Made by a program: the position numbers and the translations under genes
The notes under the pieces: generated by a model
Database searches by the model: none
What the model was told of the DNA's origin: nothing
The model's input: the letters and a program-made list of their open reading frames with translations, nothing else
In this document: one piece after another, positions 1 to 9,334 of the stretch
Layout of the letters: every line of letters starts with the position of its first letter
Position numbering within the stretch: the first letter of the stretch is position 1
Source of the DNA: Diplonema japonicum
Taxonomy: Eukaryota > Protista > Euglenozoa: Diplonemea
Assembly (NCBI GenBank): GCA_964019335.1
Contig: OZ025660.1
Location: 558,001 to 622,000, forward strand
Reading direction: 5' to 3'
DNA: 64,000 bases

Positions 1-143
1 ACGATGCACAAGTCACAGAAGAAGAAGAATAAGAAGAGGAAGCCTAATAAGTTGGTATTGTTGCTGTCTTGTCCCAATTAAGAGAGTATGGCGTTGGTCC
101 TCTTCTTGTTGTTGTTGTTGTTGTTGCTGTTCTTGTTGCTGCT

Positions 144-1208
144 TCAGCCAATCTTGTAACCCAGGTGGTTGCTGGTGAGGCACTGGGCGTACCACCTGCT
201 CTGCTTGTAGCAAGAGGCCCCGCCGGAGCAGCAGGTGGGGGCGTGAAGGCAGCTTCCCCACTTCGGGATCGCCGTGCGGCAACCAGAGGAAGGAGGGGGA
301 ACAGGAACGGGGACAGGTGGAACAGGAACAGGAGGAGTGGGAGGGGTGGGGACAGGTGGTGTGTTCCCGTTCCCCGCTGCAGGGATGCACTGGGCATACC
401 ACTGGCTCTGCCTGTCGCACACCGCCCCTTGCGTGCAGCAGTGCATCGCGCTCGTGCAAGCCCCCCACATGGGAATCGTCCTCGAGCACCCTGTGGTGGG
501 GGGAACAGGGACAGGGGGAACGGGAACGGGGGGAACAGGAACAGGAGGGACAGGAACAGGAGGAGTGGGAGGGGTGGGAACAGGGGGAACCGGAACAGGA
601 GGAACAGGGTTCCCGCCGCCACCACCACCACCACCACCACCTCCACTGAAGTCCAAGTCAACAGCGTTGTAGAAGCTTGCGGCGGTGTCACCGACATCCC
701 AGATGGCGAGGACAACGTGGTAGCCCGACTTGGAGGGGAGGGTGCAGGAGTGGGTCGTCACCATCGGGGGCTTCACCATCCCGCCCGCCGCGGAGCAGAA
801 GGGAGCATCCTCGAAGCTGCCCCTCCCGAGGGGAGCGTTCTGGTTCCACCCATCCTTCGTGATGTAGTACCTCCAGTCCAGGGTCACGTGGTTCGCCGTG
901 AACTGCCAGGTGAAGTCGGTCCTGCCCCCGCTCGCTGCCGTCTTCGCCCACCTGCTCGAAGACTGCTCGTTCAGAGGGGCCCAGGTCGCGCTCCCCGCCG
1001 CCGCCAGCTGCCCGTCCGGAGGACCGCTCGCTGGGTACCGGTCCGGTCCCTCCACACTCTGCGGCTCGTACTGCACCCCTCCGCACCCGCTGTTTGTCTT
1101 CAGCTTGCACGCGTAGTTCCGAGAAGGCGGGCTCATCACGTAGCCGTGTCCCTCAACCCGCACCACTGCTGCCGCTGCCAGCAGCATCGGAAGTCCCAGG
1201 CGCTTCAT
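144..1208 (-). CDS. Secreted AA10 LPMO (GbpA/CBP21-like) with Gly/Pro-Val linkers and two CBM1-like modules, copy 1
   Basis: Signal peptide MKRLGL...VEG followed by His1 (HGYV), QYEPQSVEG, FTANHVT, WDVGDTAASFYN; two WGxC...CCxxGxxCxxQSxWYxQC modules. Start taken at MKRLG, shared by all four copies. Confidence 0.93.
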   Translation of the reverse strand: MKRLGLPMLLAAAAVVRVEGHGYVMSPPSRNYACKLKTNSGCGGVQYEPQSVEGPDRYPASGPPDGQLAAAGSATWAPLNEQSSSRWAKTAASGGRTDFTWQFTANHVTLDWRYYITKDGWNQNAPLGRGSFEDAPFCSAAGGMVKPPMVTTHSCTLPSKSGYHVVLAIWDVGDTAASFYNAVDLDFSGGGGGGGGGGGNPVPPVPVPPVPTPPTPPVPVPPVPVPPVPVPPVPVPPTTGCSRTIPMWGACTSAMHCCTQGAVCDRQSQWYAQCIPAAGNGNTPPVPTPPTPPVPVPPVPVPVPPPSSGCRTAIPKWGSCLHAPTCCSGGASCYKQSRWYAQCLTSNHLGYKIG

Positions 1209-1320
1209 TTCTCTTCTTCTTTTTTTTTTTTTTTTTTTTTTTTTTGTTGTGTGGAAACTGTGGAGTGAAAATAGAGACAGAGTAGCGAGCCCCCTCTTCC
1301 AACAAGAGGATGAATGGATC

Positions 1321-1360
1321 AAAGGTGCTTCATACACCAGGTAAAGTGGTGTCATCATCT
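1321..1360 (-). pseudogene. 5' fragment of box C/D snoRNA CD4
   Basis: Matches the box C to D' half of CD4 (36755-36853); the box D half is missing. Confidence 0.6.
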
Positions 1361-1404
1361 TGCCCCTTTGCCTACCCCATTGGCCCTCGTGATGGGAATA
1401 TGAA

Positions 1405-1505
1405 TGGATCAGTTTCCTTCTGTCATTTATGTGTTAAAGGGGAATCAGGAGACTGTGTCTTCATAGAATGGACCAATGTTCTTTAACTACGGTGTCATCA
1501 TGTGT
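1405..1505 (-). ncRNA. Box C/D snoRNA CD1
   Basis: Minus strand ATGATGA (1501-1495) ... internal ATGA/CTGA ... terminal CTGA (1412-1409). Four identical intact copies whose conservation ends at the boxes. Target not identified. Confidence 0.8.
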
Positions 1506-1542
1506 TTCCCCCCCCCCCCTCCTCGCAATTGGGCGAGTCACC

Positions 1543-1608
1543 TCTTCTCGCATTGCTTCACAACCATCACCCTATTAAGAGGGAACTGGCTCGCTTATAA
1601 GCTTGCTG
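1543..1608 (-). ncRNA. Single-hairpin AGA-box (H/ACA-like) guide RNA H1
   Basis: Hairpin GCAAGCUU...AAGCAAUGC followed by G-AGA; four conserved copies; target not identified. Confidence 0.7.
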
Positions 1609-1646
1609 AAAGCGTCTTTCCTTTCCCATCTCTCTCTCTTCACTTC

Positions 1647-1703
1647 TCCTCTCGCGGACTGGAGGTATCTTTACTGCGAAAGGCCTTCCGTGGTACCCGT
1701 GCT
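1647..1703 (-). pseudogene. Degenerate copy of AGA guide H2
   Basis: Two 4-nt deletions relative to the intact copies. Confidence 0.55.
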
Positions 1704-1734
1704 GCCTCTCGAGTTTCCTTTTCTTTCGTTGGTG

Positions 1735-1797
1735 TATTCTTGAACCAATATTATTCCGTATCCCTTACAGCAAAGGGCAAGGAGGGTTGCAGGTACT
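1735..1797 (-). ncRNA. AGA-box guide RNA H3
   Basis: ACC/GGU lower stem, UCC/GGA and CCCUU/AAGGG upper stems, 3' AGA; three copies; paralog of H3b. Confidence 0.62.
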
Positions 1798-1831
1798 TTC
1801 TTGTTTCTTCCTTTTTTCTTTGTTCCCCCGC

Positions 1832-1901
1832 GTATCTCGCAGGTTTTTGACCCTCACTTGAACCAGCAACATGGGTTCGCAAGGAACACGAAACACTGCT
1901 G
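1832..1901 (-). ncRNA. AGA-box guide RNA H4 (snR35/SNORA13-like; SSU m1acp3-Psi site)
   Basis: GCAG/CUGC stem; pocket CGUGUU + GUCAAA pairs with universal SSU UUUGAC-UC-AACACG; pocket apex 14 nt from AGA. Confidence 0.9.
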
Positions 1902-1925
1902 CGCTCGTGTGTTGTGTGTGCCCAC

Positions 1926-1993
1926 ATGTCTCGCACCCCTCCAACGCCTCTTTCATGTATGAAGAACGCGAAGTGGTGTTAATTAAGGGTGCT
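1926..1993 (-). ncRNA. AGA-box guide RNA H5
   Basis: GCACCC/GGGUGC stem, ACACC/GGCGU upper stem, G-AGA tail; four copies. Confidence 0.75.
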
Positions 1994-2046
1994 CTCCTTT
2001 CCTTCTACTTCTCCTCCCTCAACCCCCTTCTTTTTGCCCCCGCAAC

Positions 2047-2114
2047 GTATCTCACGCTGATAAAGCGCCCATTCCAAGCATCAACAGTGCCCAACGGGTG
2101 CCGATTACAGCGTT
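2047..2114 (-). ncRNA. AGA-box guide RNA H6
   Basis: ACGCUG/CAGCGU stem, CCCGUU/AAUGGG upper stem, G-AGA tail. Confidence 0.75.
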
Positions 2115-2211
2115 GCCGTTCTTTCTTTGCGGGGTATCGTGTTCTGCATTTTGTGAAGGTGCTGGCTTTCCCATTGTGGTGGTGCTTCTTCCCTCCCTTT
2201 CTTCATGGAAG

Positions 2212-2304
2212 ACATCAGAAGAGGTGTAGTTTGTTGATAATGTTCCATTTCACGCCCCCCCAGGGGGAGGTCATCTAACCGCAATATCGTGTCTCATCAT
2301 CTGT
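2212..2304 (-). ncRNA. Box C/D snoRNA CD2
   Basis: ATGATGA (2300-2294), D' ATGA, CTGA (2218-2215), GACA/TGTC terminal stem. D guide ACACCUCUU is complementary to LSU AAGAGGUGU (yeast Gm2793-equivalent, tentative). Confidence 0.82.
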
Positions 2305-2324
2305 CTCCGTGGGTCGTTCTTTTC

Positions 2325-2390
2325 TTCTCTCGCAAGAAAGCGTAGCTGGGCAGCGGATGCAGTCCTGCAGCCAGTTTAATAAATCTTGCT
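2325..2390 (-). ncRNA. AGA-box guide RNA H7 (SSU site equivalent to human 18S Psi651)
   Basis: GCAAGA/UCUUGC stem; pocket AUUAA + UACGCUU pairs with AAGCGUA-UA-UUAAU (kinetoplastid-type SSU sequence); 14 nt to AGA; single copy. Confidence 0.85.
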
Positions 2391-2432
2391 GCAACAGCTT
2401 GGATCTGTAGTTGTGTTTTCCCCCACTTCCGC

Positions 2433-2502
2433 TTATCTCGCAGGTTTTTGACCCTCACTTGAACCAGCAGCATGGGTTCGCAAGGAACACGAAACACTGC
2501 TG
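2433..2502 (-). ncRNA. AGA-box guide RNA H4 copy
   Basis: One loop substitution versus 1832-1901. Confidence 0.88.
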
Positions 2503-2524
2503 TCTCTTATTATTATGAGAACTA

Positions 2525-2625
2525 ATGATCAGTTTCCTTCTGTCATTTATGTGTTAAAGGGGAATCAGGAGACTGTGTCTTCATAGAATGGACCAATGTT
2601 CTTTAACTACGGTGTCATCATGTGG
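2525..2625 (-). ncRNA. Box C/D snoRNA CD1 copy
   Basis: Identical to 1405-1505 between the boxes. Confidence 0.8.
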
Positions 2626-2649
2626 TCCTCGCAATTGGTTAGGTTCGCC

Positions 2650-2715
2650 TCTTCTCGCACTGCTTCACAACCATCACCCTATTAAGAGGGAACTGGCTCG
2701 CTTATAAGCTTGCTG
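2650..2715 (-). ncRNA. AGA-box guide RNA H1 copy
   Basis: Near-identical to 1543-1608. Confidence 0.7.
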
Positions 2716-2763
2716 AAAACTTCCTTCCTTCCTTCCTTGCTCTCCCATGTCTCTCTTCACTTC

Positions 2764-2828
2764 TCCTCTTGCATCAGGACTGGAGGATGGTATCTTTACT
2801 GCGAAAGGCCTTCCGTGGCACCCGTGCT
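2764..2828 (-). ncRNA. AGA-box guide RNA H2
   Basis: GCA/UGC stem, GGAAGG/UCCUCC upper stem, AGA tail. Pockets are invariant across six copies while the apex varies. Confidence 0.72.
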
Positions 2829-2937
2829 TCTTCTTGTCTCTTCTTCCTCTTTGTGTCTCCTCCTCTTCCATGATGAGCTGCTGCGGTATTGCAATGCGGG
2901 TTTCCTTCCGCAGCACTCTACCCACTTTGTTACGCTC

Positions 2938-3007
2938 TCATCTCCCGCCCACTTTCACCCTGCAGCACAAACAGAGTGTGACTGCTGCAACGACAGCGGA
3001 GGACGGT
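2938..3007 (-). ncRNA. AGA-box guide RNA H8
   Basis: CCGYCC/GGGCGG stem, UGCAGCA/UGCUGCA upper stem, G-AGA tail; four copies. Confidence 0.72.
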
Positions 3008-3114
3008 GGTATGTTTTTGTTGCTAGAAAACAAAAAGATACTGTACAGATGACAAGGGAACCTGTTCAAGAAAACCTCACAGGTTGCCGTTAACTCACCT
3101 TCTATTCCACTTCC

Positions 3115-3177
3115 TTCTCTCGCACCAGTATTATCCCGCAACCCTTACCACAAAGGGCACTGGTCCTTGATGGTGCT
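3115..3177 (-). ncRNA. AGA-box guide RNA H3b
   Basis: GCACCA/UGGUGC stem, CCCUU/AAGGG apex shared with H3, G-AGA tail. Confidence 0.72.
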
Positions 3178-3292
3178 GCATCAGGATAGCAACAAAGTTG
3201 GCTAAAAGGTACTAAGTTATAAAAAGAAACAAAAAGAATACAATAATAGTACACAAGGCGGAGGAGGAGGGGGGGGGGTAAATTTATACTTC

Positions 3293-4663
3293 CTACAACC
3301 TTCCATGAAAGAAAGGGTCTCTTGAATGCGAATGGCCCGAAGGGACCGGTGTGAAGTGAGGATAATGGTACGGCAAAGGAAAGGGCGAAGGAGGAGGAAC
3401 GGAACGCGTCTTCTTTCGGCGAGATTTTTTCTTCTCACCGTGTTCGTAGACAAGAGGGGGTGGAAGGTCTAAGGACCTGCTGCTACGCACGGACGGCTCC
3501 GAGATTCTCACCGTTTTCCGGCTTCTTGTAGAACCTGCAAGTGTTGGTGTGGGTGACAACGAGGAGACGTCGAAGAGCTGTGCAGAGAAGATATCAGCTG
3601 CGGTTTTGCTTTGAAAGGCATTTTGTTTTCTCTCTTCGATCTTTTTTTTCAACGCTTTGACGATGTCGCGTTTCTTCGACAGTGTCCGCTGCATCTCGGT
3701 GACGGCCTGTTGCTGCTCCGCGTAGAAACGGAACATCTCTGGTGTGTCAGCAGGCTCTAGATCTGTTTGCGTTGAAAATTCCTTGGTTTTTACAACTTTA
3801 ACACTTCGAAGTGTTTTGCGGATATCGTCGTTTTCCCTTTCCAACTCCCTCAAGGCACCCCTCCGTTCCGCTTCATCCTCAGCAGTGTCGAGAATTCTAT
3901 CCTCCAAGCATCGAAGCTCTGTCCGGATGATTTGTATTTCACGATCTGCGTACTTTTTGTTTTCTTCTATCCGGACGGCGGAAGATACTTCAAGCCTCTC
4001 CCCCCACGATGATTCCACAGACTCCGCCCATGAAAGAAGCCATTTCAAATCAGGTCTTGTCTCCGGGCGTTTGTCAACTAGCTCGTTATACAGCGCACGC
4101 GGGTCATCAATAAAACTCTTAATTACATCAACCGCATTATGTTCCATCAGAATGTTGTGGTTTTCATGGTATCTTTCCAATTCTTTTGCGAGGTGTAAAT
4201 GCCGTTTGTTTTCACGCTGGCATGCTGAGGCCCATTCAAAGAGAAAGCCGAATTCGTGTGCCTGAGACGGGAATTTTTCAGGTAGATCTTTGCACAGTCC
4301 AGCAGGATCGTGCGAAAAAGAATCGATCAGACCCCCCGCAGAGTCTGCTCTGGATGCCAGCCCGTGTCGTCCGTAGAAGATACGGAGTTTTTCGGCGGCT
4401 CTAGCATGTCGGGGCTGTCTATCGTGTAAAAAGTTTTCTGGTCGGGATTTCCACTTATCCTGCAATCTGCGAAGCCTTGCGCCCTCTAGCGGTCCATACT
4501 CGAAGAAGTCTCCCCTCATAAAGGCTGATTTCCCTACGCCTTTCTTCCAAAGCTGTCCAACTATCTTCCCTGGTACCCCGTATCTCCTTAGTAAATCTCG
4601 CACGCCATCGCACCCATGTACACGGTCCATGCCATCAGTGTGTTTGGTACCGCTTTCTCTCAT
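3293..4663 (-). CDS. Hypothetical coiled-coil protein
   Basis: 456-aa ORF with two short helical repeats (FYGRHG...LxxKxP) and a coiled-coil middle. Confidence 0.7.
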   Translation of the reverse strand: MRESGTKHTDGMDRVHGCDGVRDLLRRYGVPGKIVGQLWKKGVGKSAFMRGDFFEYGPLEGARLRRLQDKWKSRPENFLHDRQPRHARAAEKLRIFYGRHGLASRADSAGGLIDSFSHDPAGLCKDLPEKFPSQAHEFGFLFEWASACQRENKRHLHLAKELERYHENHNILMEHNAVDVIKSFIDDPRALYNELVDKRPETRPDLKWLLSWAESVESSWGERLEVSSAVRIEENKKYADREIQIIRTELRCLEDRILDTAEDEAERRGALRELERENDDIRKTLRSVKVVKTKEFSTQTDLEPADTPEMFRFYAEQQQAVTEMQRTLSKKRDIVKALKKKIEERKQNAFQSKTAADIFSAQLFDVSSLSPTPTLAGSTRSRKTVRISEPSVRSSRSLDLPPPLVYEHGEKKKSRRKKTRSVPPPSPFPLPYHYPHFTPVPSGHSHSRDPFFHGRL

Positions 4664-5755
4664 TTTCCCCCATTCACACCGATTTCTTTTGTTTTTTGTT
4701 TTGTTTTCTTGTTTATATCAATGTTTCGCTTCAATATCCCGATGTGAATAAAATGGCAAGGGAGGGGAGGGGAACAAAAAAAAAAAAAGTGAGTGGTGAT
4801 TTGTTCGTTCATCAATTTTCTTTTTTTTTTTTCTCTCCCGGCCCTCTTTTCTTTTTTTTCTTTTTTCTTTCGTCCTGTCACCCCTTCCTGCCCTTCCTTT
4901 TTTTTTTTTTGTTGCAATGCTTCTTGGTTTTTTTCTTTTTTTTTTTCCGTTGTCTTTTGTTTAGTTGATGTGTACCTTAACCAAATAAAAAGGGGCAAAG
5001 GGAATGACGGACAAAATATGTCTGGGGGTAGGAGGGGGGACTAGGCAGAAAGATTCCTTCCTCATTTTGTTTTATTGTTGCGATGCATAGGGATTACCCT
5101 GTGTAGGGAGTTTATAAAAAGAGAATAGAATAAAAGCAAGTCCGAGAGCAGAGCAGGGGGAGAAAAAAAAAAAGGAAGAAGAAAAAAACCATCAGCTCTC
5201 TCCCATGCGTTGCTTCTTTTATTTTGCTGCTTTTTTACTTTGTTACTTTGCCAGCAACTGTTACAAAATGTATACAAAAACTTCGAATTTGACTTCCCCA
5301 GATCCCCTTGTGAGAACAGATGAAGCAAAAAAGCTAGAGAAGAAAGTACAGACCAAAGGGGAAAAAAAAAAAAAAAAAAAGTAAAAAAAAAAAAAAGGCA
5401 GCCAGCACTTTTGATTTCCCCCTCTATCCCGTGTCAGGGAAAGGGAAAGAACTTTACACGTGTTGTCAACAGGGGTGTGAATAGAGGGAAAGAACAAAAG
5501 GGAGTAGATGGGGGGGGGGGGGGGGATAAAGAATAAAACACATTGTTATTACTACTTTTTCTTTTCATTCTCTTTTTTTTTTTTTACTGATTTTTCTGCA
5601 CAGTGAACCGTTGCTTGGGCTTCACAGGAGTGCTGAGCTGCAATTTTTTTTTTTTTTTTTTTTTTTCCTCCCAACCCTTCATTCATACTTGCCGAGGGTT
5701 CTTTCTGGAGGAGCCGTTCCTTGGCGACAGGGAAAGGGAGCCTCCTGTAGAACAC

Positions 5756-8607
5756 CTACTCATGGAAGATGCAGGAAGCGGGCTGAGGGCGTAAAGGGGA
5801 GGATCCTGTGAGTTTTTTATTTTCTTCCAATATTTTCTTCCCTCACACCTTGGTAGGTCGGGTGCCTAAGGGCGGTGACGTAGCAGTGGTGACAATAGTG
5901 TCTCCATCGCTATCGTACATAGTGTGGCACACTCTGAAAGCGTCTTTGCTCTTATGCTTTATAAACAGGGCAACTGCGTCCTCTGTTGTTGCAGGGGCTT
6001 CTTCTTTGACCAGCCTGCACCATGCACCGTAGCCGGATTGCTCTTCTCTATCCTCCAAAGGCTTTTCCCTGCATTCACTGAACTCGCTGGCTTCACTGGG
6101 TGCAGCGACCTCCGCGCACCTTAATAGCATCTTCGTGTACGGGAACTGGTTTTTTTTCTTCTTTTCCCCCACTTGGTATAAATGTGAAGCACCCATACCA
6201 TACTCCGCATGGCGATGTGGTCTCTGTCCTGATAGTCGTCCAGAGCCATGCCCTCCTCCACCAGCTCTTCCTTTGCATCGTAGTACAGGTGCTCCAGGTG
6301 CGGGTACTGTGTCTTCTCTTCAAGGTGCTGTCGCAGTGTGGCGTCCACGCAGGCCACAAGCCCAGACGTGTCCAGCTGTACTGCATCATCGTCTTCTGAC
6401 GACGATGAGGACAGCTCGGAGGGGGCCAGTGACGACACAGACGGTGTGCGCCCCACGTTGTGCCTGCGGCGGCACGCCTCAAACCTAGCGGCTCTGAGAT
6501 GTGCCGCGTTCAAGGGGTTTGTGCTTTCCTCAAGTGGCTGCCGCATTGCTTGCTCCTCTGCCACCACCCACCACCACATTTCGCCTCCGTACATAATACC
6601 CTGCGCGGGTCTCCCCTGTCCATCAGTTACCAGGTTCGGTGGTCTGCAGCTCACCCTCTGGTTGCTCTGCGCCCTTGTGTTCGGGTTTGATGTGTTGATG
6701 GAGAACTCTTCACATTTCTTTGCCTGCTTGTCCCTCTTCCTCCCAAACCTCTTCATCGCATCCTTCGCTTTTTCATTTCTAGAGCTGAAGAACCCGAAGC
6801 GTTTCTTTGGGGCGGGGCTGTGTCTTGGGCTGACTGATTGCATACGCTTCAGCCCTTGTTCGATGTACTGCTCGTTGCGCAATTTGAGCTCTGAAAAGAC
6901 TTCTTCGTCATAGGGCTCACCTGCCTCCTTGCAGCGTGTGAGGGTGTCGAGCTGAGTGGCGTTCTCGCGTGTCCATATGATGGGTACGGGCTTGAGGTTC
7001 GACTCCTTCCAGTCCTTAAGCACTTCGCCGGTTGCCACCAAACGGATATCGTAGCATTCAGGAGATGTAGAGTAGGCGTCAATCTCAGCGCCCTCGATCC
7101 AACCGCTCTCCTTTGTGTTGAACAACACACGGTCGCCGGGGTGGAACATGCGGGTGATGGTCTTAGATGTTGATGTTGAGGCGACGGAGTCGACAGAGAG
7201 AGCGCTCCTTGACACCTCGAGAGGGTTCCCGAGGCACATGAGACGGTCGGCTTCGGTGATGGTGAGCATCAGGCTCTCCTCGTCATCCCACTCGCTGGTG
7301 CATACGTCGCTCTTGGAGCCGATCACCTTGTCGTTGACAGCAGCCAGCCTGCAGGTCACGTACAGCCCCAACCTGTCGTCGGTGAATCCCGTCAGCATGC
7401 AGTCCTCGTCAACAGTGAACGGCAGCACCCCCCCCTTTGCCTTCTGCACCGCCACGCTAACCACCTTCCCCCGCAATGACATGTCTGACACACTGCTGCA
7501 TGTCGGTGACGGCGGCGGCGGAGTCAGGTACCTCCTCAGCGCAACAGGCAACCCGATCCTCTCAGCATACACATTTGGCAGCCCCCTCATTTCAAGTGTC
7601 GGCTTGTCGAACCCTTCCCGTAGCAGCAGGGTCGTGTACTGCACGAGTTCCTCATCCAGCTCACTGAGGTGTCGCTGCAAAGGGGCCCATCCGAGGGGCG
7701 GCCAAGGACCGTACCGCTTTTGCATTAAGTCCCACATTTTTTTAAGTGCGTCTTCTGAAGACTCCCGTTTGGCAAGGATGGCCTCAAGGGAAGGGAGCTT
7801 CTCAGGGCAGTAGAATGTGTAGAATGCGGTACAATTCTCCCGTAACTCGGGTGTGAGGAAGGTCTTTTTTGCCATGTCGAAGCTGCCCGTGGTGCTCTGC
7901 ATGGGCACCCACCCGCCGCTCTGTGTTTTGAGCCATGAGTCAGAGATTTCAACAACACCAATAATACTGTTGTGGGCTATGTGCCCCGCCACAGGGGATT
8001 CTTCGTCGGCAGCGGTGTACACGGCAGCCTTCCCGCTGGCGTCGGGTGACGTGAACTTGAAGTGGGCTATAACAGGCTCGGAGGTGCGGCTGCTGTTGTC
8101 CCTCTTGCTGAATATAAGAGATGTGAGTGATGGTTTCGTGTGCAGCCTCCTTTTTGCCGCTGCTTTTGCACTGTTTCCAATGGTGATGCTGTTATTCCGT
8201 GTCGTTGCCACAAGCACGATGAGCGCCGCTGCTAGGCTTGTGGATACAACATCTGATTCACCCGCTAACGCAAGGCCCACTTGCAACAGGCAAGCAGAGA
8301 TCGTTGCGTCCACAGGCAACTCCGGCAGAGCTACCGCTAAGACTGACAACGCTGCCGCCACGCATGCAACAGGATGTTGACGGTGTTCACCGGGTTTTTC
8401 TCCTTTGGAAAATTTCTGTTTGATCCCCGTCATCAGGCCTTTCCGATTTACTTCTTCCTGCGCGCTGTATGCCCGCGGCCCACCGCCAGTCTCGCCCCCA
8501 CAGTCTGAGACTGCCTCGGGGCTCCCCGGGCCACCGAGCTGAACTGGTTTCGGTTTTTTTCTAAACCTTGCCAAAAACCCTTTTCCATCCTCCACCTGGG
8601 TGGCCAT
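5756..8607 (-). CDS. Hypothetical membrane-associated multidomain protein, 2 introns
   Basis: Long ORF joined to downstream exons by GT-AG introns 6146-6198 and 5806-5848 (RSM|FPYTK...; RPTK|DPPP). N-terminal hydrophobic segments. Start may be 8637. Confidence 0.65.
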
Positions 8608-8722
8608 AGTCACCCCCTGTCGTGTGGTTACTTGCATGTAAGAAACATACAAAAAATAGACGGTACAAAAAGGTGGGGGGGGGGGGGGGGGGAGGTGGAT
8701 GGATACAGAAAGTTGGGACGGT

Positions 8723-8757
<35 letters not shown>

Positions 8758-9252
8758 CACTAATGCTTTTGCTTTAAAAAGAAATTCACTATGATAGGAA
8801 ACGAAGTGGTTACGGCCCACCACAAACAAAAAAAAAAAAAAGAAGAATAGTGGTTCAATGGGGACATAAGGGGTACAAAAGGAGTGACACCAAGGGTGCC
8901 TGGAGGGAAGGGGCTTTTTTTTTTTGAGTACTTAGAAATACAACAACAAAATAATATGGTCAACCGCTGTCTGTCGCAAGTTCGTAGCAGGAAAATTATT
9001 GTTTGAAACACAAGCAAACGTTTAAACAAACTGAATGTAAGGGGAACTAAACTCTGTCTATTAGAATGCAACAAATAGTAGGCGGATTTGACTTTTGTTT
9101 TCTCTTCTTATGGCCACACTTCGCTACCCTTTTATTTTCCATGGTTTTTTCTTCTTTCTTTTCTTTTCTTTTCTTCTTCCGCTTTCCCCTTTCAACCTGC
9201 CTTTTATTTTACACTGATTTTTTTTTCCCCCTGGGCGAAACACAGTATTTCC

Positions 9253-9297
9253 CTATCCCCCCATAAGTTGAAACCATAGAGTTTTTTTTATACAAGC

Positions 9298-9334
<37 letters not shown>

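Noticed and set aside
69-1268. Long plus-strand ORFs antisense to LPMO, sulfatase, ABCD and His-rich genes
   Set aside because: Shadow ORFs of GC-rich or repetitive coding sequence with no recognisable motifs.
1409-1420. CAGTTTC match to the spliced leader, suggesting SL RNA or an SLA1 guide
   Set aside because: It overlaps box D of CD1; there is no full SL exon, and no AGA hairpin has an SL-matching pocket.
2121-2190. Conserved segment between H6 and CD2 ending in AGA on the minus strand
   Set aside because: Hairpin is weak and copies are freely truncated; probably duplicated spacer, though a further guide is not excluded.
1321-3177. Repeat-spacer appearance suggesting a CRISPR array or integron-like cassettes
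   Set aside because: The modules are many different conserved units with snoRNA boxes, not one repeat with unique spacers; no cas or integrase genes; eukaryotic context.
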